Positions 28,667 through 37,150 of a DNA stretch of 64,000 nt are shown here, in pieces. This DNA comes from an uncultured cyanobacterium (GTDB lineage Bacteria > Cyanobacteriota > Cyanobacteriia > PCC-9006 > JAAUQQ01). How positions within the stretch are numbered: position 1 is the first letter of the stretch; every line of letters begins with the position of its first letter. The translations under genes were made by a program, and so were the position numbers. The notes under the pieces were generated by a model. It searched no databases. It was given only the letters and a program-made list of their open reading frames with translations, and had not been told where the DNA came from. Location: positions 2,560,001-2,624,000 of the forward strand of contig OY970368.1 of assembly GCA_963718615.1 (NCBI GenBank), read 5' to 3'.

Positions 28667-30718
28667 ATGAAACCCCTGTCATCCTCCAAAACGACCAAGC
28701 GTATTGTGCTAGCAGTTGATTCTGGCAGTTTTGCCACTGGGTTTTTAGTCACGATGGAAATCAGTGATGCGGGGAAAGCGCCTCATCAGATTATTCAAGG
28801 ACGGCTGCCCTCTGGCCCAAGGCTGCCCCAATTGTATGATGATTGGCGATCGCTCTATCTTCAGCTCGAACAACAGCGGATCATTGTCCCCCCTGCACAA
28901 ATTACTAATGAATCTGCCTGGGAGAGCTGTCGGGGGAAAGCCACAGAATTTACTCAGGCCATGGAGCGATGGCTCAATCGACCGGAAATTTTGAAATTAC
29001 AGATGCAGTTTCAGGCGGCAGTTTCTCCCCACGAGTCGGCTCAATTAATCTTAAAAACCGAGGATCCGCTGCTTTTGCGCTTGCCTTGGCATCGGTGGGA
29101 TTTGTTTAGTCATTATCCTCAATTGGGCTTGGCGCTCAACAGTTTCTATGTGCCAGCGGTGTCGGCACCGATGGGATCACCTGTGCAGATTTTGGCTGTG
29201 TTTGGTCATGATCATGGGTTAGAAATTGAGGGCGATCGCCAGCTTTTACAACAGCTTGTGGGGGCCAAGATTACGTTTCTCGATCAGCCCAATCGCAAAC
29301 AGCTCAATGAAATGCTCTGGAAGCAACCCTGGGACATTCTGTTTTTTGCAGGACATAGCCGCAGTGAAGCGGACTGTCAAAATGGTCAAATTCAAATCAA
29401 TGATGAAGATTCGCTATTTTTATCGGATTTAGACAAGGGATTGCAGACAGCGGTGCAACGGGGATTAAAACTCGCCATTTTTAACTCCTGCGATGGACTG
29501 GGATTGGCCCAGGGATTAGTGAAATTTAAGATTCCCTACACGGTCGTGATGCGCGAACCCGTCCCCGATCTGGTCGCCCAAACCTTTTTACGTTACTTTC
29601 TCGAAACCTTTGTCAAGGGAGAACCGCTGCATCTGGCGTTGCGGACTGCACGGGAAAAGTTAGAGGGGTGCGAGGACAAGTATCCCTGCGCCTCCTGGTT
29701 ACCCGTGATTTGTCAAAATCCTTCGGCTCCGGTGCTGCATTGGCCCCAATCCTTTCCGGTCCGAAAAGTGGGTATTGGCGTAGGGGTCGTCGCGTTAACG
29801 GTTTTGGCTGTGGGTTTCTTGAGCGTTTGGCCTCGATCGGGGCCACAGATCAAGCGTGATGTCCTAACACCTTCTGTCTCGGCTCAGCATTTGACTGATG
29901 CTCCAGCAACAAGTCTAGCGAATTCAGCCATCCCAATGGATGAACGCTTTAGTTTAGGGGAACGGGTGCTGATTACGGCAACAGAAAATCCAAGCACCAA
30001 GCAAGAGGCCACTCAAGCTTTTTTGCGGGGGGATTATGAGGGGGCGATCGCCCAATTCAAAAGCACCCTAGAATACGCTCCTAACGATCCCGAAACCCGC
30101 ATCTATCTCAACAATGCCAAAGCTGCTCAATCCGGTCATTGGATACGCATTGCTGCCAGCGTTCCCATTAGTGGTAATCTCAATATTGCCCAGGAAAGGC
30201 TGCGGGGAATTGCCCAAGCCCAAGACGATTACAATCGTACGGCTCAGACCCAGGGGACACCGTTGCTGCAAATTCAAATTGCCAATGATGACAACAGCGC
30301 AGAGGTCGGTGAACGCATTGCCGAGCGACTGGTACAAGACCACAAAATCCTAGCCGTCATTGGCCATAGTGCCAGCACGGTTTCCCTCGCCGCTGGCAAA
30401 ATTTATCAAAAAGAAGGGTTGGTGATGATCAGTCCAACCAGCGGGGCTACGGAGCTTTCTAATCTCGGCAATTACATTTTTCCCCTGAAAGCCCGTCAGC
30501 TTGGGGGCGACGAGAGTAACTGGCGTACAGCGCTTTCCGATGATGCCATCCAAGCATATGATGCCACCCAAGCGATTATCAAAGGTTTACAAGGTTTACA
30601 AGGCGATCATCTAACCATGCGTACAGGCTTGCAACAGGCCCTTTCAAAGCTTTTAGGGCAAATTCAACCCGACCCCCAAAGCGGTTTTGGCTATCGGTTT
30701 ATGCCAGTGCCTAAGTGA
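28667..30718 (+). CDS. CHAT (caspase-like) protease + TM + TPR + truncated LivJ-type periplasmic binding domain
   Basis: LPW..W, FFAGHS (His 29354), IFNSCDG (Cys 29489), VMREPVPD, WLPVI; TM helix; PNDPETRIYLNN; LRGIAQAQ, AVIGH, ISPTS. Confidence 0.85.
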   Translation: MKPLSSSKTTKRIVLAVDSGSFATGFLVTMEISDAGKAPHQIIQGRLPSGPRLPQLYDDWRSLYLQLEQQRIIVPPAQITNESAWESCRGKATEFTQAMERWLNRPEILKLQMQFQAAVSPHESAQLILKTEDPLLLRLPWHRWDLFSHYPQLGLALNSFYVPAVSAPMGSPVQILAVFGHDHGLEIEGDRQLLQQLVGAKITFLDQPNRKQLNEMLWKQPWDILFFAGHSRSEADCQNGQIQINDEDSLFLSDLDKGLQTAVQRGLKLAIFNSCDGLGLAQGLVKFKIPYTVVMREPVPDLVAQTFLRYFLETFVKGEPLHLALRTAREKLEGCEDKYPCASWLPVICQNPSAPVLHWPQSFPVRKVGIGVGVVALTVLAVGFLSVWPRSGPQIKRDVLTPSVSAQHLTDAPATSLANSAIPMDERFSLGERVLITATENPSTKQEATQAFLRGDYEGAIAQFKSTLEYAPNDPETRIYLNNAKAAQSGHWIRIAASVPISGNLNIAQERLRGIAQAQDDYNRTAQTQGTPLLQIQIANDDNSAEVGERIAERLVQDHKILAVIGHSASTVSLAAGKIYQKEGLVMISPTSGATELSNLGNYIFPLKARQLGGDESNWRTALSDDAIQAYDATQAIIKGLQGLQGDHLTMRTGLQQALSKLLGQIQPDPQSGFGYRFMPVPK

Positions 30719-30751
30719 GTCTTTCTAAGTGAGTCTTGCGAAGTTTGTATC

Positions 30752-31399
30752 TCAATGCCAAAACTTAGCCGCGAGTAGCGCCGCTTGGGTGCGATCGCGC
30801 ACGCCCAACTGTCCCAAAATCCGATTCACGTGGTTTTTGACGGTCCGCTCCGCAATGACAAGAGCTTGGGCAATTTCACGATTGCTATAGCCCTGGGCAA
30901 TCAAGCCTAAAACTTCCTGTTCTCGGGGGGTCAGTTGATCCAGGGCCGGCGGCGTTGTTTCGGCTTCGGTTCCAGGCATTTCCGTTGCTGGGGCTGCCAT
31001 GAGTTTCTCCAGCAACCCCGGTCCCATTTGGGTATAGCCCTTTTGAACGGCTCGAATGGCCACGGCAATTTCCTGGGAAGGCGTATCCTTGAGCAAATAG
31101 CCCTTGGCTCCCTGCTGCATGGCCTGGGCAATGTACTCGTCGTCGTCAAAGGTGGTGAGGATTAACACCTTGCTATCGGGCACCTGAGCCGTGATCGACG
31201 CCGTGGCTGCAACCCCATCCATCACGGGCATACGCACATCCATCAAGACCACATCCGGCTTGAGCCGACAGGCCAGTTCGACCGCCATCTGGCCATTTTC
31301 TGCTTCACCCACCACCGTCAGATCCGGTTGAGCTTCCAGTAAGTTGCGTAGACCTTCTCGGATAATATTTTGGTCATCGACCAGGAGCAATTGAATCAT
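30752..31399 (-). CDS. NarL/LuxR-family response regulator
   Basis: LLVDDQ, DVVLMDVRMP, LTTFDDD; LTPREQEVL...TVKNHV HTH. Confidence 0.95.
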   Translation of the reverse strand: MIQLLLVDDQNIIREGLRNLLEAQPDLTVVGEAENGQMAVELACRLKPDVVLMDVRMPVMDGVAATASITAQVPDSKVLILTTFDDDEYIAQAMQQGAKGYLLKDTPSQEIAVAIRAVQKGYTQMGPGLLEKLMAAPATEMPGTEAETTPPALDQLTPREQEVLGLIAQGYSNREIAQALVIAERTVKNHVNRILGQLGVRDRTQAALLAAKFWH

Positions 31400-31402
31400 G
31401 GG

Positions 31403-32854
31403 TCAACCTGAAACGGCTTTGAAATCTGTAGGAATAACTGGAATAAAAAGGGTTATCGTACTGCCTTTCCCAGACTCACTCTCAATCTGAAACGTTCCGC
31501 CTACGGCCAAAATCCGCTCTTGCATGCCCTGGAGCCCAAACCCCGTTGTATTTTGGCTGGGATCAAATCCCTTGCCATTGTCACTGAGCTGTAGGTGGAG
31601 CCCGACGCCGTGTTGATGTAGCCGGAGGGCGATCGCCCCCGCCTGACTATGTTTCGTAATATTCGTCAACGCCTCTTGAATCACCCGATAGATCGCAATA
31701 TTGACCTCCGGGGCGGGCTGTCTCGCGAGCTGCATGCTGACCTCGGTTTTGATTTGGGTATGGCGTTGAAATTCCTGAAGGAGTTCCTCAATGGCAGCTT
31801 CGAGGCTTTTGCCCTGGAGGGGATGGGACCGCAATGTCGCCACCGACTGTCGAACATTTTGCAGCGCTTCCCTGCCGAGCCGCCGAGCCTGCAAGAGTCG
31901 GGCTTCCGCTTGATCGAGATCCCGGTGAAGCAACATCGCCACATTTTCTAACTGAATACTCTGGGCGGTGAGGCAATGCCCCACTGAATCATGGATTTCG
32001 CGGGCAATGCGGTTGCGCTCCTGGAGGGTGGCCTGATCCTCGGCGAGAAGGGCATAACGGCGTAGTTGCTGGTTAACCTGGGTAAGGCGATCGCGACTTT
32101 CCTGCTCCGCCAGCAAGGCTCCAACTAACAGCAACACAAATGCCAAGACCAAGCCAAACAACAGCGAGGTGTTGAGGGCAGCATTGAGCACCACCCCCTC
32201 TAACCATTCCTGGGGAGGAAGTTGACGAGCAGAACCGTGGCGACCGGGCTGCATCGGTAAGCGATTGAGCGGGACCCCTAGGGGTTTGAGCTGCATCAGG
32301 GATAGACCCTGCATCAGTACAAAGGAGCCAAAGGCGGTGAGGGCCACCAGCAAGCGATCGCGCCAGGGAAAGAACAAACAGCTGCGCATGACCACAATCA
32401 ACAGCAGCGGCGGAAAAACACTGCTGCCTTTGCCCCCGAGCAAAATTGCCAGCCAACTCAGGCCAAACCCGGCGGCGGTGTGGAGCACATAGGGAAGGAA
32501 AGGGGCCGCAGAACGACCTGTGGAGGTTGGAGAATAAACCTTAGATCGAGAAATCCTAGAAACGGCGGGAAAGAGGCGGTAGGGTCGGAGTAAACCCAGG
32601 GCAAGGATACAGAGGAGGGCTCCGAGGGAAATCACGATGGGAAAGTCTAAGACCTCAAGGCGGATAAAACCCGGCGGCAAAGCGCGCAGGCGACCGGCGC
32701 GCAGGGTGATCGGAAAAGGGGAGAGGGAGGCGATCGCCGCAATGCCCAGGAGAATCCATTCCAGATAGACCAAAATCCGGAGGGCGTTGTGGGGAGGGGA
32801 AGCAGAGGCAGACATGGGCGGAAGGACGGGGTGGACGGGTGGGGTGGGCGTCAT
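31403..32854 (-). CDS. Membrane sensor histidine kinase (HisKA_3)
   Basis: ERNRIAREIHDSVGH, QEALTNITKHS, DNGKGF, GFGLQGMQER; multiple TM helices. Confidence 0.93.
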   Translation of the reverse strand: MTPTPPVHPVLPPMSASASPPHNALRILVYLEWILLGIAAIASLSPFPITLRAGRLRALPPGFIRLEVLDFPIVISLGALLCILALGLLRPYRLFPAVSRISRSKVYSPTSTGRSAAPFLPYVLHTAAGFGLSWLAILLGGKGSSVFPPLLLIVVMRSCLFFPWRDRLLVALTAFGSFVLMQGLSLMQLKPLGVPLNRLPMQPGRHGSARQLPPQEWLEGVVLNAALNTSLLFGLVLAFVLLLVGALLAEQESRDRLTQVNQQLRRYALLAEDQATLQERNRIAREIHDSVGHCLTAQSIQLENVAMLLHRDLDQAEARLLQARRLGREALQNVRQSVATLRSHPLQGKSLEAAIEELLQEFQRHTQIKTEVSMQLARQPAPEVNIAIYRVIQEALTNITKHSQAGAIALRLHQHGVGLHLQLSDNGKGFDPSQNTTGFGLQGMQERILAVGGTFQIESESGKGSTITLFIPVIPTDFKAVSG

Positions 32855-33468
32855 TGCTGCCGAGTAATTTTTTCCTGGGCGATCGCCTTCCCGTTTTCTT
32901 CAAGGCGAAACCCGCTGGATCCGACCTGATAGGTTCGAGTTCCGTCCTTCGCTTGGTAAAGGGGGGGAGTTTGGGCGATCGCCTGTGCAGGTAAGAAGAC
33001 CGAGTTGGCTTGGCCTTTTTTGGGGGTGCCGACGTAGGTTAGCGCGGCGTTTTCGGTGCGGCAGATATAAATTTTCTGTTTGGGGGTTTCAAAGTAGGCC
33101 GCCTGTCCCCCTTGACCACAAACGGTTTGGTCAATTTTTAAGTCCGGTTTTAAGTCCGGTGAAGCGGTAGGACTGGCAGCGACAGCGGTAGGAGAAGCGG
33201 CAGTGGCGGTCGTTTGGGCAGGTTTGGGCGAGTCTGGTTTTGCCGGAGCGGATTTTTCTGGAGTAGATTGCACCGCAGGTGTTGGGGAAGATGCGGTCGA
33301 GGGTGGTGTAGCCCTAGGTGTCACCGCCACATCCGAGGGATTAGGCTGGGTTGGGGTTGAACAACTGGCGATCGCCAGCAGTCCCAAACCGATCCCGAGG
33401 CGTTTTGCGAGCGAGAGGCTCAGGCGGTGAATTATTGGGCGATCGCTCAGCGTCAGTTGCCGTCCCAT
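32851..33468 (-). CDS. Putative lipoprotein with Pro/Thr/Ala linker
   Basis: Lipobox-like LAIASC; low-complexity linker; small C-terminal domain with Cys pair; overlaps kinase start. Confidence 0.65.
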   Translation of the reverse strand: MGRQLTLSDRPIIHRLSLSLAKRLGIGLGLLAIASCSTPTQPNPSDVAVTPRATPPSTASSPTPAVQSTPEKSAPAKPDSPKPAQTTATAASPTAVAASPTASPDLKPDLKIDQTVCGQGGQAAYFETPKQKIYICRTENAALTYVGTPKKGQANSVFLPAQAIAQTPPLYQAKDGTRTYQVGSSGFRLEENGKAIAQEKITRQQ

Positions 33469-33534
33469 CTAGCTCCCTCCCAAAATAGCGTTGGTGGCCA
33501 TCTTAGCGAGTTTTGGCAACGAATGAAGCAAGCT

Positions 33535-35748
33535 TCAGGAGGCCGTCGGTAAAGCCTGGCAGTCCAACTGCCAGTCCAACTGCCAGTCCAACGGTCGGTC
33601 TAAGAGCGCTGCGGCTTTTTCGCTATCCACCGGTTTTGAGAAATAGAACCCTTGACCTAGTTCGCACCCGAGCGATCGCAGCTGCAAAATCTCCTGGACC
33701 GACTCAATGCCCTCGGCCACGACTTTCATCCCTAAACTATGGGCCAGGGTGCAAATCGCCCGCACAATTTCAAAATTCTCTGAGTCTTGGGCCATGCGGC
33801 TGACAAACGCCCGATCGATTTTGAGCGTACTCACCGGGAAACGGTGGAGATAGCTGAGGGACGAATAGCCAGTACCAAAGTCATCGATGCTGAGCTGAAT
33901 GTGACGCGCCCGTAGGTAGGTCATGGTTTTGATCATGGCCTCGACATTTTCAACCAACATGCTCTCGGTCAGTTCGAGCTTGAGACAGCGACTATCGAGA
34001 CCGGTTTCCAGCAAAATGCGATCGATCACTTCAATCAAATCCGGCTCCTTAAGCTGATGCACGGCCAAGTTAACGCTGATGATCAGCGGCTTCTCCAGGG
34101 GGCGCTCCAAATTCCAGCAGCTGAGCTGACGACAGGATTCCCGCAACACCCATTCACCCAGGGGCACAATCAACCCTGTATCCTCCGCCACCGGGATAAA
34201 TTCATCGGGGGACACCAGGCCCCGTTGGGGATGCTGCCAGCGCACCAGCGCCTCAAAACCTGCCAAGTTCCCAGTTTGTAGACAGACAATGGGCTGATAG
34301 TGAAGCAAAAACTCTTCCCGACGCAGCGCCTGCCGCAAATCGTTTTCGACCTGCAACAGCTTCATGGTTTCCGCGTGCATATTCTGGTCAAAAATTGCGT
34401 AGCGGCTGCGACCTGCGCCCTTGGCGCGATACATGGCAATATCCGCATCCCGCAGTAGTTCTGTGCCGCTGGGATATTGGGGGGTGCCCAGGACGATGCC
34501 GATGCTGGCGCTGGTGAATAGATGACGATCGCCCAACCGCAGCGGACGGGTCAACCGGGCCAAGACCCGCTCGGCAATATGGATCGCATCTTCAATCCCC
34601 TGAATACCATCCAGCAAAATCGTAAATTCATCACCCCCAAGCCGTGCCACCGTATCTGTGCCCCGCAGACAATGCTGGATTTCTGAGGCGATCGCCACCA
34701 AAAACTGATCGCCACTGGCATGGCCCAAACTATCATTCACCAGCTTAAATCGGTCCAAATCAATAAACAGCACCGCAAACTGATAATTCGGCTCCTGGCT
34801 GGCGCGCTTCAGCAAGCGCTCAATCCGCTGCATCAACCGAGTCCGATTGGGCAACCCCGTCAGCCCATCATGGAGGGCATCATAGGCCAGTTGTTCCTCC
34901 GCCCGCCGTCGCTCGGTAATGTCATAGATGATGCCATCGAGGCGGCAAACTTGCCCCTGCTCATCCTTAATGACTCGGGCGCGATCGCTCAACCAACGAA
35001 CTTCCCCATCCGGTCGCAGAATCCGATATTCGGCGCTCAGATGTCCCTGGGCCAGCAGCATGGGAAAAAATTGCGATCGCTGGGGCCGGTCCTCAGGATG
35101 AATCACCCCGGTCAGCCACAGCTCCGGATTTTCCCAGAACGCCTGAATAGACCGGCCATAAACCTGTTCTGCCGCAGGGTTGAGATAGGACAGTTCTAGC
35201 GTTTCAGGGGAAGCGGACCAAATTACATCCTCCAGGGAATTGAGAATACTTTCGAGTTTGGCCTCACTTTCGCGTAGCTTGGTCTCCGCTTGCCGTCGTT
35301 CTCCAATTTCTCGTTGTAGAGCCGCATTTTGCTCACGCAATAAGCAATCACGCTCATAGCTGCGCAAGGCTTCCCGCACCGTCAGTTCCAAGTCCGCCTG
35401 GTCCCAAGGCTTCGCAATATATCGATACAAATTAGCGCTGTTGACCGCTCGTACAACGTCATCTAACGCCGCAATTCCAGTCAGCAAAATCTTTAGGGTT
35501 TGGGGATATTGTTGATGGATTTGGGTGAGGAGCTCAACCCCCCGAATGTCGGGCATCATCTGATCACAAATAATCAGCGGCACACAAACCCCTTCAGCAG
35601 CTAATTCTTCTAGCAGCAATAGTGCCTCTTCACCGCTTTCAGCCAGTTCAATGCCGTAATCGCTCTCTAAACTCCAGCCTAACTGATCTCGTAGACTCAG
35701 CAATACTGTCCGTTCATCATCAATACAGACAATTGCACCTTTTCGCAT
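33535..35748 (-). CDS. REC-PAS-GGDEF-EAL c-di-GMP signalling protein
   Basis: IVCIDDE..CDQMMP; IHPEDR..YRILRPDGEVRW; ARLGGDEF; FEALVRW, DDFGTGYSS. Confidence 0.95.
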   Translation of the reverse strand: MRKGAIVCIDDERTVLLSLRDQLGWSLESDYGIELAESGEEALLLLEELAAEGVCVPLIICDQMMPDIRGVELLTQIHQQYPQTLKILLTGIAALDDVVRAVNSANLYRYIAKPWDQADLELTVREALRSYERDCLLREQNAALQREIGERRQAETKLRESEAKLESILNSLEDVIWSASPETLELSYLNPAAEQVYGRSIQAFWENPELWLTGVIHPEDRPQRSQFFPMLLAQGHLSAEYRILRPDGEVRWLSDRARVIKDEQGQVCRLDGIIYDITERRRAEEQLAYDALHDGLTGLPNRTRLMQRIERLLKRASQEPNYQFAVLFIDLDRFKLVNDSLGHASGDQFLVAIASEIQHCLRGTDTVARLGGDEFTILLDGIQGIEDAIHIAERVLARLTRPLRLGDRHLFTSASIGIVLGTPQYPSGTELLRDADIAMYRAKGAGRSRYAIFDQNMHAETMKLLQVENDLRQALRREEFLLHYQPIVCLQTGNLAGFEALVRWQHPQRGLVSPDEFIPVAEDTGLIVPLGEWVLRESCRQLSCWNLERPLEKPLIISVNLAVHQLKEPDLIEVIDRILLETGLDSRCLKLELTESMLVENVEAMIKTMTYLRARHIQLSIDDFGTGYSSLSYLHRFPVSTLKIDRAFVSRMAQDSENFEIVRAICTLAHSLGMKVVAEGIESVQEILQLRSLGCELGQGFYFSKPVDSEKAAALLDRPLDWQLDWQLDCQALPTAS

Positions 35749-35825
35749 GGGGTCTCTCCAGCCCTATTTTAGAAAGAATAAGCGGACTCGAAGTATTTTC
35801 GTCATGATTGCGCCATCATGCGTTG

Positions 35826-36947
35826 CTAACACGTCGTCCAGGGTAGAAAGACTCTAAACTGAGTTTGCCCTGGCTGACTCTCAACATTGATCATGCCATC
35901 ATGTTTGGCAATAATTTTAGCGACAATCGCTAGCCCCAATCCGCAGCCTTCTCCCATAGGTTTGGTCGTAAAAAAAGGTTCAAAGATTTTCTTTTGATTT
36001 TCGATAGAAATCCCCGTTCCAGAATCGGAAATGGTGATCCTTAAACCTTCTGGTTGATTTTCGATTTTCAGTGCAAGCTGTCCTTGACCATTCATGGCAT
36101 AAATCGCATTTCCGATCAAATTAGACCAGACCTGGAGTAATTCTTCGGGGTAGCACCAGAGGGATGGAACCGTTTCATAGTCTCGTTTAACCTCAATTCC
36201 ATGCTTAATGTGGTTGTGATAAAGCACCAAGACTGTCTCTAAGCCCTCGGCAATTTGGGTCTCAATTTTCTCGGTCGAATTGCCCTGACGACTGTAGTGC
36301 TTTAGGGCCGCAACAATGCTACCGGCCCGTTTAGCGGCAATTTGAATATTGCGACTATTGCTGCGTAATGCGGCCAAGTTATAGACCATTTCTAACGCAT
36401 CTTTGGCATGGGGACTCCGCAACAGCAACAATACAGAGGCCATCTCAGGATGGTCCAAATCCAACCGAATACCCATTTGACTCAGGAGAGAGGCAAAATC
36501 TTCCGTCGTCTCAATCCCCGCCACCGTGAGCTGTTGTTGAATGTGCCGCCGGAGCGATCGCTCCTCCCGCGAAGAGGCCGGTTCCTCCACCGCTTGGCTC
36601 CAAGCCAGCAGCGTCTGAAAGGCTTGGCGCTGGGCCGGTGGAAGCTGGAGCAAAATCTCAGGGAGTTGTACGAGCGATTTCTGTAGAGACTGATGCACAT
36701 TCCAAATCGCGGCCTGGATCGCGCCGAGGGGCGTGTTGATCTCGTGGGCAACGCCTGCTAGTAATTCTCCCAAAGAGGCCATTTTTTCGAGCTGAAGCAA
36801 GCGCTCCTGGATGGTTGCTAGTTCGGCCTTGAGCGTGACCCCCTCAGCGGCTAAGGCATGGTTTTGAGCCAAAAGCTGCTGCTCTCGCTCGGTCGCACCG
36901 ACCCAGCCCGGCTCTGCATTAAGGAGTGAGAATGACGGAGTGGTCAT
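35826..36947 (-). CDS. Cytoplasmic histidine kinase (NtrB-like) without an obvious sensor domain
   Basis: EKMASLGELLAGVAHEINTPL, QVWSNLIGNA, DSGTGI, FFTTK..GEG.GLGL. Confidence 0.9.
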   Translation of the reverse strand: MTTPSFSLLNAEPGWVGATEREQQLLAQNHALAAEGVTLKAELATIQERLLQLEKMASLGELLAGVAHEINTPLGAIQAAIWNVHQSLQKSLVQLPEILLQLPPAQRQAFQTLLAWSQAVEEPASSREERSLRRHIQQQLTVAGIETTEDFASLLSQMGIRLDLDHPEMASVLLLLRSPHAKDALEMVYNLAALRSNSRNIQIAAKRAGSIVAALKHYSRQGNSTEKIETQIAEGLETVLVLYHNHIKHGIEVKRDYETVPSLWCYPEELLQVWSNLIGNAIYAMNGQGQLALKIENQPEGLRITISDSGTGISIENQKKIFEPFFTTKPMGEGCGLGLAIVAKIIAKHDGMINVESQPGQTQFRVFLPWTTC

Positions 36948-37150
36948 GGCGTTTGTAATGACTGCATGTCCCAAGGGCGCTATTGTTATGGTTCCCAGAA
37001 CTAGGCTTGGATCTAGGAAGATGCTATGGGATTTCCCCCGCTCCCATACTCACCCGGCCCTTCCAGACTCACACCCTCAGTAGGGGGACTAACCTTGTAC
37101 AAAAGCAAAGTCTACAAGCTATAAAGGTTGAGTCATTTCCCAGATTGGCC

